In this document: one piece after another, positions 1 to 12,430 of the stretch
Position numbering within the stretch: position 1 is the first letter of the stretch
Layout: each line of letters opens with the position of its first letter
Assembly (NCBI RefSeq): GCF_046119375.1
Contig: NW_027362916.1
Span: forward strand, 1 to 64,000
DNA from: Phyllobates terribilis
Taxonomy: Eukaryota
DNA length: 64,000 nucleotides
Reading direction: 5' to 3'
Program-made: the position numbers and the translations under genes
Notes under the pieces: model-generated
Told to the model about the DNA's origin: nothing
Database searches by the model: none
What the model saw: only the letters and a program-made list of their open reading frames with translations

Positions 1-595
1 TCCAGGGCTCCCGCCTTTTCGAAGAGCTAGATAAGATGATCTTTAATGCCATGGGGGGTAAAAGTATTTTGTTTCTCCGCAACAGAGGGCCAAATGCCCC
101 CCCCCCCCTCACCCAAGAGACGCACAGTCCAGTTTTTTTTCGTCCTTTCGGAAATTTTCAGTGTAGAACAGCAGCCAAAAGGACAACTCCGGCCCGCCAG
201 GAAAAGAGACCTTCCTTTAGGCTAGCCCCCTCCTGGCATCAACGAACTTGCCAGCGCCGGTACTTATCTAGCAGATTCTCTTCGGTATGACGCGGTGTTC
301 CCACCTGGGATGTTTCTGAGGGTGGATGGCCATCTCCTTTTGGTTCTGGGATGAGTGGCTCTCCGTAGTCAACAACTCTTGGGTCTGAGATGTTGTCGAC
401 TACAGACGCAAAATAGAAATTTCCATGCGGCCTTATATTCGAGACCAATTTCCCCAAAGACCCCCTTCACTTATTCCCGGGTTTTTCAAAGCTATTGATT
501 TGCTATCCAAAGCAGGCATCATGATCTCATTTCCAGGACGCTGAAACATCAGACACCGGAGGCAGGCTGAGGGGTTGGAGCAAAGCCAAAAACCT
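1..595 (+). mobile_element. DIRS1-type (tyrosine-recombinase) retrotransposon fragment: gag C-terminus and start of the RT ORF, degenerate
   Basis: Translation QGSRLFEELDKMIFNAMGGKSILF resembles the DIRS gag end (FQGxRLFGxxLDxIISxATGGKS). It is followed by VDGHLL..WLSVVNNSWV*DVVDYRRKIEISMRP, resembling the DIRS RT N-terminus. Stops and frameshifts present; truncated by the window start. Confidence 0.65.
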
Positions 596-1715
596 TACCC
601 ACAATCCTCCCATAAATGACCTTTTATAAAATTAGAATTATTTCTATACATAATGTTAAAATGTTATTTCTACAATTAAACGTTTGAGATTTCTGTGGTA
701 ATGGTTTTGTTTCTGTTCTGAATGTAAATAAAACATTTCTGATTAAGTTTCCACATTGTATTTTAGCCTTTCATTTTACTCATAGGGCAGGAAAAGCCCA
801 TGATGCATCTGTGTAAACCATGTAAAAGGTACTATAATAACATGGCTTAGACAGGTAACCCACTTTTGAAACCATGAAGTTCACTTGTACAAGCTGCATA
901 GATGAAAACCTGCTTTAAGGGAACCTGTCACCTGGTTTTCCCCATATAAAGTACGACCACCACCTGTATGCCCTAGAATGCTGTATAGAAGTCCCCAAGC
1001 CGATCTGCATAACGTAAAAAAAAAACTACAGGGTAGTCCCGTCCAATGGGTTTCTCTAGTGTTAATCCGGCGCCTCCTCCTCCTGAGATTGCCGTCCTCC
1101 TTTCTTCAAGTGGATGACGTGTCCTACATCATCCAGACAGTGTCCTTCATTGCACTCCCGCGCAGGCGCACTTCTCTCTGCCCTTTCCCCGCACAGAGCA
1201 GAGAAGTGTGCCTGCGCAGGAGTGTGATGGCAGAGGCTGTGTGGCTGACGTTGGATGTGTAGTCCACATGAAGCAGAGGAGGATGATTGTGTCGGATGAA
1301 GACCAGCAACATCCATAGGACTGGACGTTACTAGATTGTGCCTACCATGCCCAGGCCACACGGGAGGACGGTACTAGATAGTACCGGCCGTGCCCCAGGC
1401 CACACGGGGGGGACGGTACTAGATAGTACCGGCTGTGCCCCAGGCCACATACTGCAGAAAGGCAGTTATCTATAATATAACGGGAGATGCGTGTCTCTGA
1501 AGCCTCTATAAACTGCGCAAACGCGACACACCTGCGCAGTCTGGCTCCAGAGAGAAGCAGGCATGGAGCCGTTACAGGTAAGAGGAGTGTATGGCACCGG
1601 AGATCACGGTATGCGTAGACACTGAACGTATACCGCTATCTCCGGTGCCATACTTACCTGACCGGGAGGAGTGTTTATTTTTTGGTATGTGTGCAGTGTG
1701 TTAGGGATGAGGGTC

Positions 1716-2030
1716 GCCACGCATATCAGGATTGGGGGGGCGAGGTGTGCCACGCATATCAGGATTGGGGGGCGAGGTGTGCCACGCATATCAGGATTGG
1801 GGGGGCGAGGTGTGCCACGCATATCAGGATTGGGGGGGCGAGGTGTGCCACGCATATCAGGATTGGGGGGGCGAGGTGTGCCACGCATATCAGGATTGGG
1901 GGGGCGAGGTGTGCCACGCATATCAGGATTGGGGGGCGAGGTGTGCCACGCATATCAGGAGTGGGGGGGGCGAGGGACCCCACGCATACCAGGATTGGGG
2001 GTGAGGGACCCCACGCATACCAGGATAGGA
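1716..2030. repeat. ~33-bp minisatellite, about 10 copies
   Basis: Unit CACGCATATCAGGATTGGGGGGGCGAGGTGTGC with variable G-run; explains the repetitive ORFs at 1604-2111. Confidence 0.95.
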
Positions 2031-2180
2031 TGGTGGGGCAGCACATACCAGCATGGGAGACCATATACCAATAAAGATGCTCACCACCCAGGCGTAGAAC
2101 AGATTCCATAGCTAGTTTGAACTAGAGCTGAGCGGATCAATTCATGAGACCCCGGACAGGAGGCCACGAATCTCTTACCT

Positions 2181-2452
2181 ATAGTGTTGCATGTGCGTGC
2201 TCGGTTTACCCTCTCACCGAGCATGCTCGAGTGCTGCCTGAGTATTTACGGCATACTCGGGATCTATGCTCGAGCCACTGGGGCTGTTAGACAGCTGTGA
2301 TACATGCAGGGGTTGCCTAACAAACATACAATCCCTGCATGTGTCACAGCTGTCTAACAGCCGCGGCGGCTCGAGCATAGATGCCGAAAATACTCGAGCA
2401 GCACCCGAGCGTGCTCTGGGAAAGGGTTAACCGAGCACGCTCATGCCACACT
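2181..2452. mobile_element. Foldback/MITE with long imperfect inverted repeats (TAGTG(A/T)TGAGCG family)
   Basis: Left arm TAGTGTTGCATGTGCGTGCTCGG..CTATGCTCGAGCC..GGCTGTTAGACAGCTGTGATACATGCAGGG mirrors right arm CCCTGCATGTGTCACAGCTGTCTAACAGCC..GGCTCGAGCATAG..CCGAGCACGCTCATGCCACACTA. Related ends occur at ~5174, ~9300, ~47030 and ~48450. Confidence 0.75.
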
Positions 2453-2621
2453 ACTAACCTTACCTCATCCGGTGTGACTTTTGATTAGCCAGGGCTGGCA
2501 TGATGTCATCTGTGCGTCGTGCTTCTTTCAGTTGGGATCTATGGATTTATTTTCTGTCCATTCAACTTTCTCATCTTTATGTAGCTTCACTATTTGACAT
2601 CTGGGTTTTTTGTGTCTGCAA

Positions 2622-3061
2622 GGCCGTGTTCACATGTTGAATAAATACTGTATATTTTTGTTTTCTGTAGATGTCCACACCAAACTACACAATAACAATC
2701 ATCTCTGATTATTGCATGCTTGCTGCATTTTTTTATGCCTTTTCCCCTTATTTGATTTTTTGGTGCACATGTGAAGCCGCATTGTTCATTTTTTTTATAA
2801 TACAGAATAGCTTGGATTCTGCACTTAAAGTAACTGCAGTCTTTTTACATGCGTTTTCTCTCTTTTTAGGCTCCACATAGAAACCTCTAGACGTAAAAAA
2901 AAAAACATAACCGTACAGATCAGCAGCATCTTTAGACCACAGAGCGGTTTGCATGAAATCGCATCCACTTTTCTTGGCCATTTAAATGCTGAAAAATGAC
3001 TGTTCCAAAAAAAAGCAGCTGAAAAAAAACCACAGCATTTTTGCTACATCTGAACACGGCC
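2622..3061. mobile_element. PIF/Harbinger-type MITE
   Basis: TIRs GGCCGTGTTCACATGT ... ACATCTGAACACGGCC (1 mismatch); flanks CAA/TAA, close to a TWA target. Confidence 0.7.
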
Positions 3062-3559
3062 TAAATGTCCAAGCACAGTGGATGTGATTTAATGAAATAT
3101 ATGCCTGCAGTGCAGCTAAAGACGCTGCTGAACTATGTGAATTTCATACATTTTTTTAATTTGCTAATGTGCTAGCGCAAACTATAGTAGCCCACCTTAT
3201 CAGTTTTTGGGGGTGAAATTCAGTTGTATGCATAGTAAAAAAAATATACATTTTTTTTCTGTTGCTAGCCAGAGTCCACCTAGTCCTTTTGTGGTGGTAA
3301 AATTCAGCAGTATGCAGAGTAAAAAAAAATATTTTTTTTTTTTGCTGTGACTAACGTGATACAGCGGGCTAGATCTGAGTTTGGAATATCTTGGAGCATA
3401 TATTCCGTGTTATACAGGCTTCATCCACAGTAAAAAAATACTTTCTTCTGTTCCTAACGTTATACAGCAGAAGACATCTCAGTTTGAAATAGTTTAGAGC
3501 ATATCTGCTATGTCGTAGAGGCCTCATCCACACTAAAATACTTTCTTCTGTTACTAACG

Positions 3560-4260
3560 TCATACACTGGGGGACATCTCAGGGTGCCAAGGGAGGGTGG
3601 TTCACTGCGATTAAAGGGGGGTTGGTGATACCAGACAAATTGTTAGTGAAGGTGCAAGAGGCGAGGAACAAATGGAAGAGGTGATAGGGGCGAGCAACAG
3701 TCAGAACATGAAGAGGATAGTCATCCCCTCTCTGTTCGTGTTTGGTGGGAGGGGACAGAGGAAACAAGCTTCAGAATGACCCAGCCACCAACACAGCATG
3801 AGCTTGAACCTCTTGGAAGAGCCCAACATATGAGTGCCTTCTTGCTGCACTATCTGCAACATGATCCCCATATAGTTATGATTCTAAATAGTGCTGACTA
3901 CTGGCTTGCAATTCTGTTAGATCCATGCTATAAGAGTAAATTTTGCCACATGCTTCCTGCCCGGGAAAGGGACCCACGAATGCTGGAGTATCGAAACACG
4001 TTTTTGCACAATCTTAAGAGAGGTTTTTCCCAAGACAGCAATGAGGCACACAGAGTGCATTGCAGCTCTACACTTCCAACCTCTGGCACGTCAATTTATC
4101 AACGCAAAAATATTAGTAGCAGCAGTAATGTAAGTGGCACAAGCAACTTCTGTGAGTCCTTTCACACATTTTTTAGACCAGCTCGTGCACCAGCATAACA
4201 GAGTACAAGTCTGACACATGAACGACTGGAGAGGATGGTGCACTCCTGATTGAGTCTCCA
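3560..4260 (+). pseudogene. hAT (ZBED-like) transposase fragment, C-terminal part
   Basis: ORF 3776-4198 contains MSAFLLHYLQHDPHI..DYWLAILLDPCYKSK, matching the hAT YWxATLLDPRYK motif. Confidence 0.75.
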
Positions 4261-4524
4261 TCTGCTGGGTTGGTTGTAGTGGAAGAGGTGTCTGTCCCCA
4301 TTATACTACTTCTAATCTACTGAAATAGAAGCCACTTCGGTGGTGTTAGGCCCTAATTTTTTAATGTGAACACTCCTGGTTGGGTCTCCATCTGCTGGGT
4401 TGCCTGTAGTGGAAGAGGTTTTGGTCTCTATTATAATAGTTATACTTTAGTGAAATTAATTTTTGGTGCAGATATTGATCTCCATACAGGGGTACACAAA
4501 CATGTTAAACTCAAAATTGATTTT

Positions 4525-5760
4525 CAATAAACAACCATCAGCCACCCCATGAAACGCATCTGCTGCTTCCTCCTCCTCTTTTGTTACCGTGCCAAGTATT
4601 GTCAAGCAGGTCTCTGACAGCAGAATCTCCAATTCTGTACCCGCTCCAGTCAGGCTGAGTGAGAGTCCATCTCCTGTAATTGAAGCGGACATGCCTGCTG
4701 TTTTTGACCGATCTCAGAGAGAATGCACACCACAACCTTATCCATCATAACATCTCCGTCTGCATCTCACTCACGGTCCAGCTGTCTTTCCGGTCCACCA
4801 TACTCCGCCCTCTCTCAGCACTGCAGCCAGCAAAAGATTGTTTCCTCCTACACATGACAAAGCTAAGAGATTGAACGCCACCATTTCCAAACTGTTGGCC
4901 ACGGAAATGGTGGTGTCAGGCCCTAATTGTTTGAACTGTGAACACTCCTGGTTGGGTCTTCATCTGCTGGACTGGCTGTAGTGGAAGAGTTGTTGGTCCC
5001 CATTATACTAGTTCTATATCTAGTGAAATTAATTCTTTGGTACAGATATTGTCACAGGAGTACACATGATATAATCAAAATTGGTTTTCTTAGTACTGTG
5101 GTATATAAAGCAGGCTACATTTCATCTTTTAATTCTTTGGTGATGATATTGTTCTCCAGACAGGGGTACCCATTAGTGATGAGCGAGCACTAAATGTGCT
5201 CAACTTAGTGATTCAGCGGTTTCTCAAAAATTACCCAGATCTGCCAGAGCTGCTCATGAAAACGCCGCGTGTGTGTCCATTTTAGAAAGTAAGCTACAGC
5301 TTTCCCCACCCTGGCAGTGCTTCAGCAGCGTTTGCAGCTTCCAGCTCACCGACTGGTGTGCGATGTGATCATACGTTGGAAATCAATGTTGCAGATGTTG
5401 GGAAGGATTTGTGAGCAGCAGAGGGCAGTTGTTGAGTACCAGCTTCAACATGCTCGTTGGAATTCAGGTCAGCCTCCGCACATAACAGCTGATGAGTGGG
5501 GATGGATGTTTGACATCTGTGTTGTCTCCAAAACTTTGAGGACTCCACCAAGATGGTGAGTGGCGATGACGCCATAATTAGCGACACTGTCCCGCTTCTC
5601 TGTTTACTGAAACGCTCGCAGCTCACAAAGACAAGGCCTTGCAGGCAGAGCAGGGTGCTATACAGGGAGATGCTACACAGCCCCGCCTCATCTTATCTCA
5701 AGGAGGAGGAGGAGAACATGAATTGTCGTCCTCTTAGTGAGGACAGGGAAGTCTTGGCTT
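4525..5760 (+). pseudogene. hAT transposase fragments (N-terminal and central)
   Basis: LNATISKLLATEM (~4870); VLNLVIQRFLKNYPDLPELL (~5195); LVCDVIIRWKSMLQML (the CDVPTRWNST motif). Frameshifted and broken by ~130-bp local duplications at 4240-5170. Confidence 0.7.
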
Positions 5761-5764
5761 TCTT

Positions 5765-6810
5765 GGAAGTCTTAATACCCCTCTTTCAGTCTGTGGGAAA
5801 GCTGTACGAGTTTCGCTTAATGATGACCTTCAGTGGCTTTGCTTATGCACGTTATTTGTGAAAACGCATTGTAGATCAGCCCATTGCCCAACTCTGTAGT
5901 CATGAAATTCAAGGCGCAAAGAAACATCTTTGTATGTTGAAGCACCACCAAGAAGTGTGAGCTGATGTTGGGCGGGCTGTCATTGCTTATGGAAGAAGCT
6001 GCATTAAAGGACTTTCCTGGGAGAAATGACAGCCGGCATATATTCAGTTTCCTTCTATGCCAGTCCTTTCACCAAGCTAAAGAATATGGCTGTGGAGAAA
6101 TACAACTGTCACCAAGAAGCAATGTCAGACTGAAGAACATTGGGCCCACCAGAGCATTTGATTCTGAGGGCCCACCTTTCTCCCCTGCTCAAGAGCCCTA
6201 TAGCAGTTGTAAGGATTGCCCACCGGGGGAGTCTCCGGTTCTATGGTGGGCCCGTGCAACCCTGCCGAGAAGCATTCCTGGCCAAGGTTCCAGGACACTC
6301 TATGGCTACTTTTTTACTGTGGACTGGCTCCAGCAATCTATAAGATTGAAATCTATAAGATCCATTCACTGGCTCCCAATTGCCCAGCTTATCCAGTTCA
6401 AACTAATAACACTGACCTACAAAGCCATCCATAACCTTTTTCCTCCGTACATCTCTTAATTAATCTCCCGCTATATTCCCTTTCGTAATCTTCGGTCTAA
6501 CATGCTGGAGAAACTTGCACCTACTGCCACTCAGTGTCTTCAGCTCCTTTGTGAGAAACTAATGTTTGGGCAGCTATTCTACCAAATAAAATTCCTGACA
6601 TATGGAAATTGTGGATGGCCTCGTTTCTGGTACTGGGTGCTAAAACCAAACCGTGGCGTGCCATTCACTGGTTATTCCTGATTGATTGGAGACAAGCTCA
6701 TTCCCACAGAAAAGTACCAGCATCAAGCTAAGGAGACAGTGGCCTCTGTCATGATGAAGGAGTTTGCTCGTTGTCTAGGGGACCGATCACTGCTGCTGTC
6801 TACCTTGTGA
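5765..6810 (+). pseudogene. dnd1: Disrupted copy of dead end 1 (RRM1 part, RRM2, C-terminal dsRBD), probably a processed pseudogene
   Basis: [28 protein letters not shown] (DND1 RRM1 with LNRG deleted); STTKKCELMLGGL; LGEMTAGIYSVSFYASPFTKLKNMAVEKYNCH; GSRTLYGYFFTVDWLQ. At 6502-6810, CLQLLCEKLMFGQLFYQIKFLTYGNCGWPRFWYWVLKPNRGVPFTGYS*LIG..AKETVA matches the DND1 dsRBD (LQLLCQRMKLG..GWHRFWYQVVIP..VPFSG). Stops, frameshifts and two inserts. Confidence 0.85.
6358..6498 (+). mobile_element. L2/CR1-clade LINE fragment inserted in the dnd1 copy
   Basis: SIHWLPIAQLIQFKLITLTYKAIHNLFPPYIS is the conserved L2 ORF2 C-terminal motif (LHWLP..RI.FK...L.YKA). Confidence 0.8.
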
Positions 6811-6889
6811 ACTTTGTGTTGAAGCTTGCGAGGATTAAGAGGTTACATTGGCGAGTCTGGTTTTTATACTAAAGATCCTACTGTTTTTA

Positions 6890-8040
6890 TAGTTTTAAAT
6901 GAGCACACACAAACCGTGATTTCTGCAGCAGCGCATCCAGGCCAGGATAGTGGAAGAGAAATTGCTGTACCATCAGGTAGAGGATGCAAGACATGCAAGG
7001 CACGTGTGTGAGGTTGCACGGGTGTGTGAGGTTTCCCCAGCGTAGGGCCGCCACCAGGTTTGCACCATTATTGCACACGTCCTTTTCTTGCTCCAGGTTC
7101 AGTGGAGATAGCCATTGCTCAAACTCGGCCTGAAGAGCTGTCCACAACTCTTCAGCTGTATGACTGCAATCTCCAAGGCATATTAATTTTAACCGGTGAG
7201 CCATAGCTGCGCAGTACGGAGGTGGGGGGATTCTTTCTGCACTGTTGTAACATGTGTCTTATTAAGACAGAAGTTTCGGGCGCAAGTGGAGGCCCTAGAG
7301 GAGGCAGAGGCATCGGACAAAGCGTTAGATATAGAGGTTTGTCCCACTAGCTTTGAGGATTCCAACACTTGCTGTCTAGTGACACCTTGATGTCTAGTGG
7401 TCCAGTTCTCCATCCCCTGGTGTGTAGTAGTTTAGTTCTCCAAACCTAGCTGTTTAGTAGTTTAGTTTTCCAACCCCTGTTGTATATTAGTTTAGTTCTC
7501 CATGTTCTGGTGTGTATTTGTATTGTTCTCCAACCCATCCATGCCCACCCCCAGGGGTTAATGTCTGATGACGAGGGTTTGGATTCTGTTCGGACCCTAC
7601 TTCGTCCGGGCCCGGATCAACTGAAAAAATTTTTGGCCATTGCTACACATGCTTTCCCCATCTTTTGAGTCTGTGAAGCTTTGTATCACACCTCTGATTC
7701 CCCGGAATATAATGTGTGCACAGCTCTGCAGACTCGCTCATTTGTAGTTCCCCACAGTCAGTTGGGCAGTTGGAGAGTTGTGACGCGGGGGAAAACAAGG
7801 GTAATTGGGGTGCCACCTCTGAGGACTGTACTGTGTGATTTTAAGGTGGAGGAAGAGGAGCAGAGGCCACTTGATGCCACGCTTGTCATCCACTGGAGCA
7901 CATATTCTTTCTGGTCCTCATCTACAAAGCGTACCGCTGTCTCTGCATCACCGATTGGCCGTAGCTTGGATCTCTTCATACCTAACCGACCCGACATTCA
8001 GTGTCTCCCGCTCACACACCACCTCCTCATCTCGCCCCCT
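6890..8040 (-). pseudogene. hAT transposase fragments, minus strand
   Basis: LKLICLGDCSHTAEELW..VCNNGANLVAAL..HVPCMSCILYLMVQQFL (catalytic core) at 6887-7204; an N-terminal-like segment lies at 7758-7997. Confidence 0.7.
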
Positions 8041-9106
8041 ATGTGTCGGTGATTCAGTTCTAGGACCCCTGCTCTTCTCCATCTACGCCTTCGGCCTGGG
8101 ACAGCTCCTACAGTCTCAAGGCTTTCAGTATCACCTCTATGCTGATGACACACAGATCTACCTCTCCGGACCTGATATCACCTCCTTACTAACCAGAATC
8201 CCACAATGTGAGTCCGCTATTTAAGCTTTCTTCTCTGCTAGATTAATAAAACTTTACATGGATAAAACCAAATTCATCATCTTTCCACCATCTCATTGAC
8301 CACCACAACTTACCTATCCATGAAAGTCAATGGCTGCCCACTCTGATCTGGCCTTGAAAAGTCAGATCCAAGCCCTTTCCACTTGCTGCCAACTACAACT
8401 CCAAAATATCTCCGGTATCCACACATTCCTCAACCATGAATCTACAAAAACACCAGTGCATGTCCTCATCCTCCCCCGCCTTGATTACTGCAAGCTCCTA
8501 CTCTGTGGCCTCCCTTCTACCACTCTCGCACCCCTCCAATCTATCCTAAACTGTGCAGGCCGGCTAATCCACATGTTATCCCGCTATTCCCCGGCTTTTC
8601 CCCTTTCTCTGTCAATCCCTGCGCTGGCTCCCCGTTGCCCAGAGACTAGTTGAAAAGCCTAAGTTTGGCATACCAAGCCATGGAAATCCTGTCTCCTCCA
8701 TACATGTGTGACGTAGTCTCCCTGCACACAACCTCCCATCCTTCCAAGATCTTCTCTACTTCCCTCTTATCTCTTCTTGCCACAATCCCATACAAGATTT
8801 GTCCCGTGCATCTCCCCTACTGTGTAACTCTGTACCCCAACACATCAGACTCTCGCCTACCCTGGAAACCTTGAAAAGGAAGCTGAAGACCCACTTCTTC
8901 TGACAAGCGTACAATCTACGGTAACCCTCGCTCCAGCATACAACTACACGACTAGCTGTACCCTGACATACTGTATCCTCACCCATCCCTTGTAGATTGT
9001 TTGTGCGCCCTCGTGGGCAGGGTCCTCTCTCCTCTTGTACCAGTCAGTGACTCCATTTCACATGTAAAGCGCCACGGAATAAATGTCGCTGTAATAATAA
9101 TAATTA
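8040..9106 (+). mobile_element. 5'-truncated L2 LINE (RT remnant plus 3' UTR and (AAT)n tail)
   Basis: [26 protein letters not shown] (YADD); LILPRLDYCKLLLCGLP; 3' end TGTAAAGCGCCACGGAATAAATGTCGCTGTAATAATAATAAT. Confidence 0.9.
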
Positions 9107-9398
9107 TAGTACTTGTACTCTGGGTCAATTGATGACACTTTTCTGGTGTCTACCCATAATTTGATGTGTTTTGTCAGCTTTTGGACCAGTTTGAAGGTGT
9201 TGTGTATGCGTTTGTTGTTGCCCCCCATTGAATCCTATGACGTTCGTCAATGTTCGACGAATTTTGCAAATTCGACAATTGTAATCTGACCCGAACATTG
9301 AAACACTCGCTCATCTCTGCTCACTAACATATCCCGAACAGGAACCCATACATTCTGATCAGAGGCGTAAGTAAAGTCTGATGGGCCTGTTGCAAGAG

Positions 9399-9399
<1 letters not shown>

Positions 9400-9443
<44 letters not shown>
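9400..9443. repeat. (TA)n microsatellite
   Basis: About 20 TA units, directly visible. Confidence 0.95.
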
Positions 9444-9446
<3 letters not shown>

Positions 9447-9599
9447 CTTCCATCCTGGTATATATGTCCCTCATTATGGTCCCTTATCTTAGAGCCCCAT
9501 ACTGGTATATACAGTATATATCCTCCATTCTGGTGCTGTTCTTTACCGTATAGAAAAAAAAGTAAAGCATTACACTCCCCAGGGGTGAACACAGAAGTC

Positions 9600-10050
9600 A
9601 TAGTGCCCCATAGTCCCCCCTACAGTATTATGCTCCTACTTATAGTATAATGCACTCCCCATACTCCTCCATACACTATAACCCCACAGTGCTCCATACA
9701 GTATAATGCACAGCCCATAGTCCTCCCTATTGTATAATGTACTCTCCATATTCCTTCATATAGTATAATGCACCCTCAATAATCCACCATACAGTATAAT
9801 GCACACCCTATAGTCATGCATGTAGTATAATGCACAGCCTATAGTCCTCTATATAGTATAATGCACAGCCCATTCTGAAATATGTGCCCCATCCTGGTAT
9901 ATGGCCCTCATCCTGGTATATATTCCCCATCCTGGTGTATGGCCCTCATCCTGGTATATGGCCCCATCCTAGAATATGACCCTCATCCTGGTATATGTCC
10001 CCCATCCTGGTATATGGCCCCATCTCCAGCCCCCATCCTAATATATGGCC
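9600..10050. repeat. Two adjacent degenerate minisatellites (~29-bp ATAGTATAATGCAC.. unit; ~20-bp CCTGGTATATGGCCCCAT unit)
   Basis: Recurrent motifs visible in the sequence. Confidence 0.8.
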
Positions 10051-10464
10051 CCACTGTTGGTCAATACACAGAAAAAAAACGCTCCTACTCACCTTCCTAG
10101 CACTCACCATGCTGTGCGGCGTCCACATCTGAAGCTGGCAGCTGATTTTGGTTGATTTTGACAGGAGTGCATAACGTCACTGCCATGCGCCCCCGGCAGC
10201 CTCTGATTGGCCAGCAGCATGTATTGCGGAGCACGGATCTGGCAAGTTTTTGCACTGCAATACACTTCAGCTGAATGTGTGTCCGAAGATACACATTCAG
10301 CTGAAATAGGGGCTGGCGCCGGCGAGCCCCTTATCCGCCGGGTACGTTACGCCCCTGATTTTGATGTTCTATTGTATACCTGGCACGAGCCAATATATTG
10401 TGATGACTTCACTGTTATATACCACCAGGAGCCCTTACATTATAGTGTCTTTAACAGTGAAACG

Positions 10465-12392
10465 GCTAGAATGTATGGGTTGCAGTCAAAACTGGAAAGA
10501 GACCATACATTGTAGGCTACATTCTGCTAGCTTCACTAACATACACCTGGGAAATGATCATAGATTCTGCTGGCTCCAATAATATATACCTAGCCGGAGC
10601 CCATACATACTCCTGCCTCCAATAATATATACCTGACAGGAGCCCATACATTCTGCTGCCTCCAATAATATATACCTGACAAGAGCCCATACATTCTGCT
10701 GCCTCCAATAATATATACCTGACAGGAGCACATATATTCTGCTGCCTCCAATAATATATACCTGACAGGAGCCCATACGTTCTCCTGCCTCCAATAATAT
10801 ATACCTGACAGGAGCTCATACATTCTGCTGCCTCCAATAATATATACCTGACAGGAGCCCATAGATTCTCCTGCCTCCAATAATATATACCTGACAGGAG
10901 CCCATAGATTCTCCTGCCTTCAATAATATATACCTGACAGGAGCCCATAGATTCTGCTGCCTCCAATAATATATACCTGACAGGAGCCCATAGATTCTCC
11001 TGTCTCCAAAAATATATACCTGACAGGAGCCCATAGATTCTCCTGCCTCCAATAATATATACCAGACAGGAGCCCATACATTCTGCTGCCTCCAATAATA
11101 TATACCTGACAGCAGCCCATACATTCTCCTGCCTCCAATAATATATACCTGCCAGGAGCCCATACATTCTCCTGCCTCCAATAATATATACCTGTCAGGA
11201 GCCCATACATCCTGCTGCCTCCAATAATATATACCTGACAGGAGCCCATACATTCTCCTGCCTCCAATAATATATACCTGACAGGAGCCCATACATTCTC
11301 CTGCCTCCAATAATATATACCTGACAGGAGCCAATACATTCTGCTGTCTCTAATAATATATACCTGACAGGAGCCCATACATTCTCATGCCTCCAATAAT
11401 ATATACCTGACAGGAGCCCATAGATTCTCCTGCCTCCAATAATATATACCTGCCAGGAGCCCATACATTCTCCTGCCTCCAATTATATATACCTGTCAGG
11501 AGCCCATAAATTCTCCTGCTTCCAATAATATATACCTGACGGGAGCCCATACATTCTGCTGCCTCCAATAATATATACCTGACAGGAGCCCATATATTCT
11601 CATGCCTCCAATAATATATACCTGCCAGGAGCCCATACATTCTCATGCCTCCAATAATATATACCTGACAGGAGCCCATATATTCTCCTGCTTCCAATAA
11701 TATATACCTGACGGGAGCCCATACATTCTGCTGCCTCCAATAATATATACCTGTCAGGAGCCCATAAATTCTCCTGCCTCCAATAATATATACCTGACGG
11801 GAGCCCATACATTCTGCTGCCTCCAATAATATATACCTGACAGGAGCCCATACATTCTCCTGCCTCCAATAATATATACCTGACAGGAGCCCATACATTC
11901 TCCTGCCTCCAATAATATATACCTGACAGGAGCCCATACATTCTGCTGCCTCCAATAATATATACCTGACAGGAGCCCATACATTCTGCTGCCTCCAATA
12001 ATATATACCTGACAGGAGCCCATACATTCTGCTGCCTCCAATAATATATACCTGACGGGAGCCCATACATTCTGCTGCCTCCAATAATATATACCTGACA
12101 GGAGCCCATACATTCTGCTGCCTCCAATAATATATACCTGACAGGAGCCCATAGATTCTCCTGCCTCCAATAATATATACCTGACAGGAGCCCATACATT
12201 CTGCTGCCTCCAATAATATATACCTGTCAGGAGCCCATACATTCTGCTGCCTCCAATAATATATACCTGACAGGAGCCCATACATTCTCCTACCTCCAAT
12301 AATATATACCTGTCAGGAGCCCATAGATTCTGCTATCTTCCAGAATGTATGGGCTTCTTCCAGGTCCTGACTGCAGCCCATACATTCTAGGC
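10465..12392. repeat. 43-bp tandem array (~41 copies, ~10560-12335) bracketed by ~50-bp inverted repeats
   Basis: Unit CTCCAATAATATATACCTGACAGGAGCCCATACATTCTGCTGC (period 43, e.g. 11821 to 11864). The flank at 10465-10515 is approximately the reverse complement of 12340-12392. Confidence 0.9.
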
Positions 12393-12430
12393 TCAACCCC
12401 GCCACCACATATATGGCTGTTGTGTGCGCA

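Noticed and set aside
916-1500. TTAAGGGAACCTGTCACC end suggesting a T2/Kolobok-type MITE (similar motif at ~28690)
   Set aside because: No matching right TIR or TSD found, so boundaries cannot be supported.
5765-6810. Functional dnd1 gene
   Set aside because: N-terminus missing, RNP1 deletion, several frameshifts, an in-frame stop in the dsRBD and two TE inserts.
10517-12299. Overlapping repetitive minus-strand ORFs (MYGLLSGIYYWRQ..)
   Set aside because: A 43-bp unit cycles through frames and lacks stops on that strand; not coding.
10560-12335. CRISPR-like regular repeat appearance (also 51310-52503)
   Set aside because: Units are head-to-tail without unique spacers, there are no cas genes, and the context is eukaryotic.
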